A stretch of DNA of 64,000 nucleotides, taken from Paraspadella gotoi. Taxonomy: Eukaryota > Animalia > Chaetognatha. Location of the stretch: positions 1,752,537 to 1,816,536 of the forward strand of contig CM119269.1 of assembly GCA_051294375.1 (NCBI GenBank). Direction: 5' to 3'. The notes beneath the pieces were generated by a model that was not told the origin of the DNA, made no database searches, and saw nothing but the letters and a program-made list of their open reading frames with translations. Numbering within the stretch: the stretch's first letter is position 1; every line of letters begins with the position of its first letter. The translations under genes were made by a program, and so were the position numbers. Shown here piece by piece: positions 51,439 through 64,000 of this stretch.

Positions 51439-51547
51439 ATTCGATATGAGTCGGTTATCTTCCCCCCCCCCTCCCAGGCCGCCCCCCTTTTGATTCGATA
51501 TGAGTCGGTTATCGCTCTGGGTCCCCCCCCCAGGCCGCCCCCCTTTT
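51439..51547. repeat. Local ~55-bp tandem duplication
   Basis: ATTCGATATGAGTCGGTTATC...C-run...CAGGCCGCCCCCCTTTT occurs twice. Confidence 0.85.
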
Positions 51548-52732
51548 CATTTCCATAATTGCTAAAGGCAAAAAAAAATTTTTTTCTTCCGATCGGTTAA
51601 CTTGAATTTTTCTTCCCAATTTTCACGAGTTTTGCAAAGAACTTTCACAAGCCCTAATCATCGCCCCTTTTCTTTCGCTTTCACGCGTAGATTTCTTCAT
51701 TTCTCAAAAACTCTTTCTCACAACTAGACGTAGGGGTCTATCTCAGTAAGTTGGGTCAAAAATTTTAATTGAGAACCTGCTCATTTTTAAAAAAATTAGG
51801 ATAGACAAAAAAATTTAATATTTAATATTTATATATAGATACGAATGGCTAAAAACATTTTTAAGATTTTTCTATTTTTAAGATCGAATTCAGGTAGCTA
51901 GCAAAAAGTATAATTCTTTTTGTGATATTCTGCTTATAAGTGGGTGAAATATAATAAAAACTATTAAAAATTATTATTAACATCATCTTTCGATAATTTT
52001 GTCAGTTTTTCTAAATTTTGACCAAGAAAACGTAGGAATTTTTAAAGTTGTAATTATATTTTTTATTTAACTTTTTGTTCTCTATCAGAATCCATTAAAA
52101 TAATTCAAGATTGATTAAAAATTTTTTTATTATTATATATTAATATAGTAATATAAAAAGAAAGCTATTAAAATTGAAATGTTTAAAATAAAAATTTTTC
52201 TACCTGAAAGTAGACATCAAGACTAAAGTTTTGTACTCCTTCCCTTTTTTATTTTAATTTTATAGTAGATCTCTCCCAGAAGGAAATTAAAATTCACCGG
52301 ACGATCATTTTTTTAAATCTTACACGTTTCACTGATTCGTGTGATGTATTCGGATACTATATCTTTTTTCCTTTTAACATTTATGAGCCCCGTTATTCAA
52401 CCACTTTCAACAAGTTTTTGGACTGTGTTTTACTTGCGTTTTGCCTTTGTTTCTTGTAATAAATATACGTTTCTAGAGACTCGTCAAAACTTCTTTGGAC
52501 GGGCGACGAGAATGTGAGTCTCCGCGGGTGAGAAGATAGAAATTCTTCTTCAGAGAGAGAGAGAGAAACTTTAATAAAATTCAAGTAATTGTGAATTTTG
52601 TTTTTTCCATTTAAACTCATTTCCACTTGCACGGTTCCATCGAAACTTTATATCCAGCTTAATCATAAAAATTTCATAACCACACACGGAATTTCATTCC
52701 AATCCATCCATCCAATTGGAGTTTAATGCTAA

Positions 52733-52890
52733 GGGGGGACGGACGGACGGACAGACAGACAGACGGACATTTTTTGCATAATTTATCATAATCATAATTT
52801 GTTGAGGAATAAAGGTTATATAATATATATGATTCGTTACCTTTGAGTGTTGAGGGACATCATACTATACTTTTCTTAGTATACACCCCG
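52733..52890 (+). mobile_element. DINE-1/Helentron-like remnant related to 4143-4313
   Basis: GGGGACGGACGGAC(AGAC)n followed by TTTTTTG.ATAAT.TATC.TAAT, shared with the 4143 copy. Confidence 0.45.
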
Positions 52891-53199
52891 TTTCTTTTCT
52901 TTCTTTTCTTTCTTCTTTTCTTTCTTTCTTTCCTTTCTCTTATTTCCCTACCATTTCCCCGCCTTTTTCATTTTATCTTCGTTCATTTTTTCTTTCACCA
53001 TTTTTTTCTTCCCTCACCATAATCATTGATCTCCGTTTGTTTTTCTCCCTATCTTTCTTTCCTTTTTTTATATTTTTTTCTTTTTCATCTTTTTTTTTAT
53101 TTGCCTATTTCTTATACTCTTAGTCTCTCTACAGGGGGTGCATATTCGTAGAAGACGTTTCTCTCATCACTCTAATCCACTGAGTACTGACTTTCACTC

Positions 53200-53263
<64 letters not shown>

Positions 53264-53354
53264 ACTCTATCTCTCTCGCTCCGAAAATTAGTAATGGGTT
53301 TCTTTTGTCTCCAAATCATTCGATCGTCGGATCCAAGAGGGAAATGTTTCAGTA

Positions 53355-53429
<75 letters not shown>

Positions 53430-54195
53430 ATTCTCGATTCACTGTATCGAACCCCTAGACGTAACGATCTAACACACTCTTCTCCCGTGACGTAAGGCCC
53501 AACGAATTCGACTTTTCAAATCGAAATTGTAAAAATGAAAGAGAAAAGGAAGGATTTAATCGATCTTTGGCACTGAGGAAAAACTAAGGCGAAAAAATGG
53601 TCGAGATTAGAATAGAAATTGGTGAATTTTCCGCCATCTTTTTTTTTTAAAGTGAGAAGACAGAGAGCGAGAGAAAAAAAAAGAGAGAGAGAGAGAGAGG
53701 GAGAGAGAGAGAGAGAGAGAGAGGGAGAGAACCGATGTTATTGAGAAATTTAGCATGAGTCGACTAAATCACGCCTATTATAAAAAAAATCTATCTCACT
53801 ACAAAGGACTGTTTAAAATTTTAATAAAAAATTGATTTTAAATTTTAAAGTCAATTTTAAATCTTCATTTCTTGTTGTGAAACGACTTTTGCAAATATTC
53901 TAAATTCAGTCTTAATTTTGTACACTTATGCAGTAATAATATTATATTAAGTAACAACTGCATTTAACCTGTGAAACTCCTACTGATTCACGCGGATAAC
54001 AGTGAAAGTTCACAGAACACACGCTCGTCTTTCGCACGCCAATGTGCGAAACTCTTGCGCGCGACTTCGTGAGGACGCGACGTGACGCGCGGGAGTTGCG
54101 CGACTTCGTGAACGTGAAGATAAAAGAGAGAGCGAGAGAGAGTGAATAGTATTGGGAAGAAATATAGCGCGCCGAGCTCTTTCGCTCTCGCTTTT

Positions 54196-54299
<104 letters not shown>

Positions 54300-54335
54300 T
54301 TTTTTTTTCTTTCTTTCTTTCCGTCGGCTTATAGC

Positions 54336-54374
<39 letters not shown>

Positions 54375-55611
54375 TTCTAAATCGATACTAATAAGAAACA
54401 TCTCAATAATCGTTGACGTAAACCTTAATGCAGCAAAAAAATTTGGAAAAAAATATACCGAGAAAAAACGCTAAAAATCAAAGACAAAAAAACAAACAAA
54501 AAAGAAATGAAAAAAAAGAGTTGGGGGGAAATCTGTTTTGGCTGAACCCATTTCCGGTTCGGACGCCGGACGCCGGAATCCAAAGAGAACGCTGACCCAA
54601 AATCCTTTTTTTTTCTCTCTCTCTCTTTTTCGATCTCGGCTCATTTTTCTTCGGCGGCCGAGGAGGCAAGGCTGGTCAGTTGGTCAGTACTGGGGATCAG
54701 CGCCGGAAAAATAGGGCGAGACGGAAGATCTGTCCGGCTGGAAATTTTCAGAGAGTTGGATGGACTGAAAAAATAATGTGTTTGGCCATTAATGATTATT
54801 CGAAAGGGGGGCTGTGGGTATTTATTGAGCCCGCCATGAATATAATTATATATGGAACAAGGCTCGTTTGGAAAGATCACCATCTGTTCGACTTAAATGC
54901 AATAATGTACTTCTCATACGGAGAATTCTTTTATAAAAAAAGGCCCAAAAACTATAAAAAAAAAAAAAATTTAATTAAAAAAGTTTTTATTTTAATTTAG
55001 GTCTTTGAACTTTCTTTGATGAAGTCCCAAACGTGAACCGAAGCGTAAAATTAATCCCGAAATTAAATTCCACATAAATAAAACTTTGCTAAATTAAATC
55101 CAAATGATTCTGCGCGAAATTAACTCTCGAAAAACAGACATTCATTTGACGACGTCTTTTCGGCGCTGTGTTCCCAAAACTCAGTTTCCAAGACATTGAA
55201 GTGAAATTAAAAATAAAATTATAACGACTCACGCGTGGAAAAAAAAATATCCACGAAAATCTAAAACGTCTAAAGTCCAGAGTCGCTGATGAAGAGAATT
55301 GAAAATTGAAAAAGATAATCTTCAAATCTCCCTGACGAAAATTCAAAATGTTGATGGGCGTTGTCGTTGGCGGGGAGATTGACCGCGTTGGCAGCGGGAT
55401 GGGCGGCGGATGCAGCGGCTGGGGCGGAGGAGGCAGCGTCAGGGTCGGAGGAGGCAGCGGCAGGGGCGGAGGAGGCAGCGGCAGGGGCGGAGGCAGAAGC
55501 AGCCGCGTTGAGAGTTGCGCAGTAAGATTAAGTCCTAACTTTTCAAACGTCTTCGTTTTGTCGCTGCTCTTGATTTCTGTCACGTTAGTGAAGTCAATGC
55601 CATCTTCTATT

Positions 55612-55650
<39 letters not shown>

Positions 55651-57063
55651 TCTTTGAAGTCATCGTCTTTAATTGCGTTTGGCAAAGAAAGGAAAAAAGA
55701 GGGACAAGAAAACAACGGAGTTGGAGAAACGAAAAGAAAAGAAAAAACAGGTGAGGAATTTGAACTTTTTATCGTTTACGACCAAAATATATAACAATAC
55801 AAATAATCTAGAGAGCAGAGACCCCGAAGAAGGAGAAAACAAAGTTTAATACAAATAAAAAAAAAAAAACTAAAGAAAAAGTTTGGCTGGAAAATTCAGC
55901 GGTTGTTAGCAGCTCTTTACTTTTTTCCGATAAATCCCACGAAGCGAATATCGGGCGCGGTTTAAAAGGGGAGTGGGGGGACCTAAGGGGTAATAGGGGT
56001 TGATATCGGACGAAACGCAATCCTCGGGGGTTTGGAACCGCGAGATATCCGGACGCGCATCCGGGATGGAAACGCGTTCATGGAATTGAGGGGGAAAAAA
56101 ACATCGGAATTCGTTCATTTTTAATCTTATTTTAAGAACCGTCCTTTGATTAGCTTTCTCTCTGTCTCTCTCTGTCTCTCTCTGTCTCTCTCTTTATTTT
56201 GAATTTTTCGGACTTATTTTGGGTCAGAAGTTTGATTTGGGAACCTTCCCAGATGAAACTTCATACATTTCTGAACAAACTTTCAATGGATTAAAATTTT
56301 CTAAAATGTCAAAATATTTTTTAAAAAATTTTGTATTTTTAAAAGCAGATTCAAATTGCTTATAAAAAGTTGTCTACAAAAAGTATAATTTTTTTTTGAA
56401 TGTTTTGTTGATAAAAACCTTAAAAAATTACCGTCATCTTACGATGATTTTAGTAGTTTTTACTAATTTTCGGTAATAAAACATCAAAATTTAAAAAAAG
56501 TTGCAAATTTTTTTTTCGTTTAACTTTTTGAGCTCAATCAGAATCAATTAATTATCAAAAAAAATTTAACATTATATAGCAATATAATAATTTAAATTAG
56601 CGAATTACTCATTGGTTCGGAGCATTTTGGCGGCTAATGCTAGTCGAGGTTGTCCTCGCCAAAACATTTCTTTCTCTCTCTCTTTCCTTCAGTCTTGGCG
56701 TCGACGAAAGCCTTTGGCGAAAAAGATTCTTCTTGCTTTGGAAGCCGTCGATACGTTTTAGTCTTTGAGCCAAACTCAACTTTATTTTTTTTATTCCGAG
56801 AGTCAAAAAACCCGAAGGACTGTCATCTAACTCGGAATTTACATTTTGTTCATTGTTAAATAAAAATAATAAGTTTTTGTTTCCTTATTTTCCATTTTGG
56901 TGGGTTTGATTGTTTTCTACTAGGTTTTGTTTTTGGTTTTTTGTTTGTTTGTTTTCTTTTTATTTTGTTTTTAGTGGAGAATCCAATTTTTGACCCTGAG
57001 AAAACGAGGCCGCACGTTGGCCGTCCTGATCGTCGTCAGTGACTTCGATGTGGTTTTGCCGCC

Positions 57064-57150
57064 TTTTAAGTTTTTAAGTTTTTAAGTTTTTAAGTTTTTA
57101 AGTTTTTAAGTTTTTAAGTTTTTAAGTTTTTAAGTTTTTAAGTTTTTAAA
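57064..57150. repeat. (TTTTTAAG)n octamer tandem repeat, about 11 copies
   Basis: Seen directly. Confidence 0.95.
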
Positions 57151-57367
57151 TTTTAAAATTAAAAACATCCAGTCCTGCACCACAAAATCAAACTATTTTT
57201 TAATCTAATTTTAACCTGCGGTATTATTATATTTTTTAATACCTATATACGTATATTTCCGTCGTTGACATAACTTCTTTATTTAATTAGATTAACCCAG
57301 GATTAAAACAATACAAATGACTATATACGTGGTCGGAGGTTGTATATGTAACAATTTTTTCTATTAA

Positions 57368-57703
57368 ATGAAATTGGTACAACCAATATAAAAATTATCC
57401 ATTCATTTAATAAATAAGCTATCTTGCCCCTAACTTTGGACAGGCCCCGGTGGCCCAAGGCCTCCATCACTCTTACAAGATAATGACATAGCAGGTCCCT
57501 GCAAGCTTTCAATCAAGACTCTCTCACAATCTCGTTTATTCACTCCCAGAGTACCTGGCTTCCCTATCAATGAAGTGGAAAATATTTCAAAGAATGTTTC
57601 AATTGTATGAAAAGACCACTCCCTTAAGTATTAGATCGGGGAATACTTATTGTACTCCGCACTAGCATCAAAATACAAGGAGCTGATTTTTATGAAATTG
57701 GTA
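57368..57703 (-). repeat. Single complete unit of the ~325-bp repeat, bounded by the direct repeat ATGAAATTGGTA
   Basis: Reverse complement of the 18-kb unit. It begins ATGAAATTGGTACAACC and ends ATGAAATTGGTA. Confidence 0.9.
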
Positions 57704-57744
57704 TATTTTTTATATTTATATTTTTTCTTCATTTCGTTTCTTAG

Positions 57745-58094
57745 ATTTGGCATCGTCGTCGTCATCGTCGCTTTTCCTTAACGAGTCATCGGAAATCAAT
57801 TCCACCTTCGATATCTCTAATTATCCTTTCTCCATCAACATATCTTCCTCCTCCATCAACATATCTTCCTTCTCCAATTCCTCACTTTTCCCCATCAGCG
57901 TGAGTCGATCCCATCCCAGCTCAGCCTTATCTTTCCTTCCTTCGTCCCTAACCAACCCACCGTCCTCCAACCGACGAAACAACATCACCTTCAACCGCAT
58001 CAACCCTATCTCCTCCAGCACCAGCCCCATCACCTCCAGCTCCACCCTCGCCGACGACAGCGTCGTTCCAACAAATCTTCGGGCAATTTCGTCG
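57745..58094 (+). CDS. Possible isolated Ser-rich exon with multiple N-glycosylation sequons
   Basis: Pyrimidine tract plus TAG acceptor, an open frame with NES/NST/NIS/NIS/NSS/NIT, and a GTGAGA donor. No partner exons were identified and an N gap follows. Confidence 0.3.
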
Positions 58095-58262
58095 GTGAGA
58101 GATTTATGCGGAAATGCTGGAGGAAAAAAAATGATGGTGTAAATAAAAAATGAGATTAAATATGAGGCGAAAATTAGGGAGGAAAACGAGGGCGGGAGGG
58201 GNNNNNNNNNNNNNNNNNNNNNNNNNNNNNNNNNNNNNNNGAGGAGAGAGGAGAGGAGAGAC

Positions 58263-58306
<44 letters not shown>

Positions 58307-59461
58307 GGAGAAGAGGGAGACGAAGGGAGAGACGGAGGAAGAGGAGAGAGAGATTAAAATATGGAGATTATGGAGATTAAAAATATGAGATAATAATGAG
58401 GATTAAAGAGACAGACAGACAGACAGACGTTGAGGGTGTGGGGGATTCGAATTTTCTCGCTTTTCTTCTTTAATGACGTTAATCACGTCGTTGTTGTTGT
58501 CGTCGTCAAGTCTTTGCAGTCGAAATCTTCGTCGTTTTCCGTGTTGTCGTTGTAATTTTAAATTTAACAGATTGTATGTATTTTTGTATTCTTCGTCGTC
58601 GTCGTCGTCGTCGTCGCCACCGACAAGAGCGTTTGTTCTTTTTACTGCCTCTATCGTTTTAGACGACGTCGTCGTCGTTGTCGTCGTCGTTGTCTTTTTT
58701 CGTTTTTCTCCTTCGACGACGAAACCCAATTTTTTTTTCCTAATTANNNNNNNNNNNNNNNNNNNNNNNNNNNNNNNNNNNNNNNNNNNNNNNNNNNNNN
58801 NNNNNNNNNNNNNNNNNNNNNNNNNNNNNNNNNNNNNNNNNNNNNNNNNNNNNNNNNNNNNNNNNNNNNNNNNNNNNNNNNNNNNNNNNNNNNNNNNNNN
58901 NNNNNNNNNNNNNNNNNNNNNNNNNNNNNNNNNNNNNNNNNNNNNNNNNNNNNNNNNNNNNNNNNNNNNNNNNNNNNNNNNNNNNNNNNNNNNNNNNNNN
59001 NNNNNNNNNNNNNNNNNNNNNNNNNNNNNNNNNNNNNNNNNNNNNNNNNNNNNNNNNNNNNNNNNNNNNNNNNNNNNNNNNNNNNNNNNNNNNNNNNNNN
59101 NNNNNNNNNNNNNNNNAGAGAGAGAGAGAGAGCCTGGAAGCAGGATTTATGAAGCTGAATCCTTGGGTGAGAAACAAAGGTGAAAGAGTTTAAGGAGACG
59201 AATGTGGGGTGAATCAAAGGAGTTTAAAAAAAAGGTTTGTAGTTGGTTGCAGACATGCAGACCTCAATCAATGTATCAATCAATCAATCAATCAGTATTT
59301 AATCAGTATTCAATCTATCGCCCGCAGTTCTAGCTTCCTTCTCTCTCCGATTCACGAGCGAGATTTTCAATTCTCGTTTTCTTTATTTCCTCTCACCGAG
59401 ATTCCGGGCGTGAAATTCGATCGGCGTGAATTTGTGAAAATCGTTACGACGCCGGGGGGAG

Positions 59462-59499
<38 letters not shown>

Positions 59500-62400
59500 A
59501 ACATTGCCAGCCTTCGTTGCGCCAGAACGAATGTTGCAAAGTCAGGTCTCAGTTTTGGATCCAAGCCGGACCCCTAGGAAAATGTTCACAGTTGTAGGGA
59601 AAAGTTTTCGCTGGAATGACGACGACGACGACGACGACGACAACGGCGACGGTGACGGACCTGGATTTGCCTCTAACGACCCCCCAGGGCCCGAAAGGGG
59701 GCAAAAAACAAAGTTGTAAGACTCGAAGCGTTTCGAGATTTTTCCTTTTCCCTGATGCTTCGCTCGAAAGTCGGAGACCAACGCGTAAGATGAGCTTCGA
59801 TCTTTTAATTAGAATATAATCAAATGTTTTATGCAAATGAGAAATGTTGATTCTTCAAAAAATTGGGCCCAACTCGGAACGTGCTCAACGTTAAAGCTAT
59901 CCCATCCTGGTTTTTTCAGTGTATTACTCATTACATCCGAGTTTTTAAGAAGATTCAAACGCGTGCATAGTACGAACGACAATTTATTAATAATAATTTA
60001 AATGACAATGCGAAGTATGCTTACTAAGATTTAGAATTTCTTAACTAGTATGTACGTATAGGAAATTTGAAATATTTAAAAAACTATAAATATTATTAAC
60101 ACAATTCGAATTTCTAAGTCGACTTCGTCTTTAATCTCAAATAACTCAAACATAACGAAAGAAAGTTTAATCACAATGTCTAATAACAAACAACATGATT
60201 TAAAGAGTGATGCATCGAGAGTGAAACTTTCTTTCAACTGATTTCTTTTTCTTTTCTTTTTGGTCGTGAAACCGAAATGTGGTTTTGTGTTTGTGAATCT
60301 GGTTCACGGTTCACGGTTCACGGTTGGCCGCGGAATGAGGGCGATGGGGGGGGGTGGAGCGGCGAGACGCCAACGGACGTTTTCGACTACGAAACTCACA
60401 GTTCAAGGAAAAGAAAAGAAAGTCTATTTTAAAATCTTTAATAACTACAAACAACCAACCATTTTTATTCATATGAATATATTCTCTCTTTACGTTTTAT
60501 TCACAGTAATTCGCTCCTTTTTTACTTTTAAAATTTTTTGTTCTGTTTTCGTTTTCGTTTTCTTCGTGACGTAAAAATTGTGCCTTTTTTTTCAACTTTT
60601 CTTTTTCTTACTTTATTTTTTTTAATTTTCTATCTCCTGCCCTCGGTGACTCGTCTACTTTTTTTATTTCGCTTCTTTCATATTCTACAGAGCGCTCACT
60701 TCACAGTTCTTCCACTTGGCTCTCTTTTCATTTTTTTTTCATTGTATTCCATTTCAATTGCAGATCTCGAGATAATTTTTTTTATTCTTTCCCAGTCTTC
60801 CAGTTTTATTTTTAAACGTTTTAATATTAAATTTGCACTTTTCACTTTTTTTGGCTTTCTGTAATTTTTCCAGCATTAAATAAGCATTAAATAAGCAATC
60901 TATATAATTTCGTTAGATCTTTAAATTTGTTCATCTGTTTCTTTTTCATTCACTTTCTTTCCTCACTCTCTTTTTTTCTTTCTCATTTTTTTTTCCGTTC
61001 TCGATTTATGCGCGGCGATGTTGCGAGTCCGAGAGACGAGTTGTTCATCTCTTCCATTTTCTATTCTTGGATTCGGAATGGGTCGTAATTGCAGAGGGAT
61101 TTCGAGGGGGTGGAGGAAAGGAAAAAAGGAGGAAAGGAAAAGGGAGAGAAAGAGAAAGAAAATGGAGAAAGAGAAAGGAAGAGGGAGGAAAGGAAAAGGG
61201 AGAGAAAGAGAAAGAAAATGGAGAAAGAGAAAGGAAAGGGAAGAAAAAGGGAAGAATAGAAAAGAAAAGGAAGGAAAGGACCTAAGGAAGAAAAAGGGAG
61301 GAAAGGAAAAGGCAGAAGGGAAAGGGGAAAGGAGAAAGGAAAAAAGGAGGGAGGAAAGGAAAAGCGAGGAAAGAAAAGGGATTGAAGAATAAAAGGGAAC
61401 GAAAAGGAAGGACAGAATAAAGAAAAAAAAGAGAAATGAAACATAAGTCCGTGAACAAGAGAATAAAAAGAAAATAAAAAAGAAAGGAAAAAAAAAGAAA
61501 AAAGAAAAGAGAAAAGAAAAGAAAAAAGAAAAGAAAAAAGAAAAGAAAAAAGAAAAGTAAAAAGAAAAGAAAAAAGAAAAGAAAAAAGAAAAGTAACAAG
61601 AAAAGAAAAAAGAAAAGAAAAAAACGTCCTCTAAGAAATAATTGAAAAAAGGTTGTGGGACAGAGAGATATGAAAAAAGGGAGGAAAGGTAACCAAAGGA
61701 AAAAAACGTAGAAATGAGGAAAGCATAAATCATAATTGCNNNNNNNNNNNNNNNNNNNNNNNNNNNNNNNNNNNNNNNNNNNNNNNNNNNNNNNNNNNNN
61801 NNNNNNNNNNNNNNNNNNNNNNNNNNNNNNNNNNNNNNNNNNNNNNNNNNNNNNNNNNNNNNNNNNNNNNNNNNNNNNNNNNNNNNNNNNNNNNNNNNNN
61901 NNNNNNNNNNNNNNNNNNNNNNNNNNNNNNNNNNNNNNNNNNNNNNACTTGTGAGGAAAACTAAATCTATCTTCAAACTTGGTCCTAATTATACATTAAA
62001 AAAGAAGAAGGAATTCGAGCTCAGGTAGAATTTTTAATCTTAATATTTCGCCAAAAAAAANNNNNNNNNNNNNNNNNNNNNNNNNNNNNNNNNNNNNNNN
62101 NNNNNNNNNNNNNNNNNNNNNNNNNNNNNNNNNNNNNNNNNNNNNNNNNNNNNNNNNNNNNNNNNNNNNNNNNNNNNNNNNNNNNNNNNNNNNNNNNNNN
62201 NNNNNNNNNNNNNNNNNNNNNNNNNNNNNNNNNNNNNNNNNNNNNNNNNNNNNNNNNNNNNNNNNNNNNNNNNNNNNNNNNNNNNNNNNNNNNNNNNNNN
62301 NNGAGAGAGGAGAGAGAGACGGAGAGAGAGAAGGAGAGAGAGAGGAGAGAGAGAGCGTAAGAGAGAGGAGAGGATGAGAGAGAGAGAGTGGAAACAAAGA

Positions 62401-63529
62401 TAAATACACCTACCAATGGCATCTTTTAATCTTCAGCTTTCTTTGAAGTGTCGGAAAATGGAACTGATGTCAAAGATAATGCGGGCCGAATGGAGAGAGA
62501 GAGCGAGAGAGAGAGAAAGAGAGAGAGAGAGAACGAGAGAAAGAGAAAAAGAGAGAGAGAGAGACACTGAAAGAGGAAGAATTTATTGGTCCAGAATTGA
62601 AAATTCTTTTAAGGGTTTTTCTGATCATAATTTTATTCTAATGCTGTATAAATCAACATAAAAAAGTTTAAAAACCTTTGAACCCGAAAGAAAGAGTGAT
62701 ACATAGAAAGAAAGAATGGAGAATGGCGTTGGCGTTGGCGTTGGCGTTGACGCTTTTGGAAAAGTTATGTCGAGGTGTGAAAGAGATTCGACTGAAATTG
62801 AAAAAGATTTAATTAAACCGAAATGAGTTTCGCCTTCTCTCGGATTCACTCAAAATTTAGGCTCAGCTGGTATGAACATTTTCAGTTCCTGTCAATGACT
62901 TTCGCAAATTCAATTAACGGAATAAATTCCGCCCTCGATGCGAAAAAGTGATCGATTGATGACAATTTAAAGGCCATGTCAGTAACTGTCAGTTTTCGCC
63001 CTTCATTTTTTTTAATAACCAGGGTTGCATTGCTAGTTATTATAAATATAAAATGATTTTAAAACTTTCTACGCAAGCCCCCCCCCAAAAAAAATAAAAT
63101 ATTTGTCAAATTTTGAAAGGAGATAAATCATAAATTCATAAATTCTAAACATTTTTTCAGTCGGTTCTTCTTTTAATTCATTTTATTTTGTTTGTTCTTA
63201 AACTTTCTTCGTTTTCTTTATCTTTCGTTTATGTCTCTGAAGCTCATTAATTATTCTCTCCTTTTAGTGTCATAACCAGGACAGAAGAGAATAAATAGGG
63301 TTTAGAAATTTTAATGTTTTCTTTATTTAACGATTTTTTATGCGAGCGAAGATTCTTTGTTCGAATGTCAACAAAAGTTTGCGACTAAGTTTTTTTCCCG
63401 AATTTCCCAAGTAATATTATGTTTTTTTTTCCATACTAGTAATGGAATGGAATATTCTCTCTCTCTCTCTCTCCTTTTCTATGATGGCAATGAAGTCAAT
63501 TTTTAAATGAAAATTAAATTAATAATTGT

Positions 63530-63531
<2 letters not shown>

Positions 63532-63612
<81 letters not shown>

Positions 63613-63666
63613 ATTATAATTATTATTATTATTATAATTATTATTATTATTATTATTATTATTATT
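63532..63666. repeat. (ATT)n microsatellite
   Basis: Seen directly. Confidence 0.95.
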
Positions 63667-64000
63667 TGTGATTCAATATTTTTAAATATTTATTTATCAG
63701 AGGTTAATTGTTAATTGTTAATTGTTCTAATGGTAATTGACTATAACCAATTGTAAAATTTTTTTTTGAAAACCGAAGAAGCGAGGCAATAACCGAGAGA
63801 AAGAGGACGAGTAAATAATTCAGGAAAGTGAGGGTCGACATATTGCGAAGAAACCGGGCTTACAAGTTTCTTGTCAGCCGCCCGCTCCGCCTCGCGCCGC
63901 CGCTGCGCCGCACCGCCGCTGCCGTGTTCACCGTTTGTCGCCGTCACTTCTCATCGGACGAGATGACGTTAATCCAGAAACGATGACCCGACTCGACTTT

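Noticed and set aside
60963-61976. Long Phe/Ser- and Lys/Arg-rich ORFs, also at 50821-51249, 53988-54474 and 63526-63714
   Set aside because: They arise from purine-rich simple repeats and N runs that lack stop codons.
63741-64000. GC-rich minus-strand ORF with a donor-like GTAAGC at the window end
   Set aside because: All three frames have stops within the last ~100 nt and no domain is recognisable; it may be UTR.

Overview
This is eukaryotic (metazoan, invertebrate-like) genomic DNA with GC/CpG-rich exons, short AT-rich GT-AG introns, many microsatellites and five N gaps. I see no prokaryotic systems. Manual splicing gives, in order: the 3' part of an SLC22-like MFS transporter (+); a striated-muscle-type myosin II heavy chain (-) whose tail is only about 210 aa and which has one apparent frameshift; two secreted orphan genes and a microexon-rich orphan (-); Arl8 (-) head-to-head with a divergent Bak-like Bcl-2 family gene (+); Rab3IP/Rabin8 (+); a divergent BAR-SH3 endophilin-like gene (+); and AEBP2/jing (+). 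Mobile DNA includes a Penelope-like GIY-YIG fragment with a minimal hammerhead ribozyme motif, a complete hAT transposon (14-bp TIRs, 8-bp TSD), an unclassified ~325-bp tandem-and-dispersed repeat with a fixed palindromic end, and DINE/Helitron-like remnants. The last ~14 kb is mostly low-complexity. The strongest candidates for novelty are the short-tailed myosin II, the hammerhead-bearing pLTR family, the 325-bp element and a high rate of AAG splice acceptors. All gene models were read by eye, so exon boundaries may be off by a few bases.
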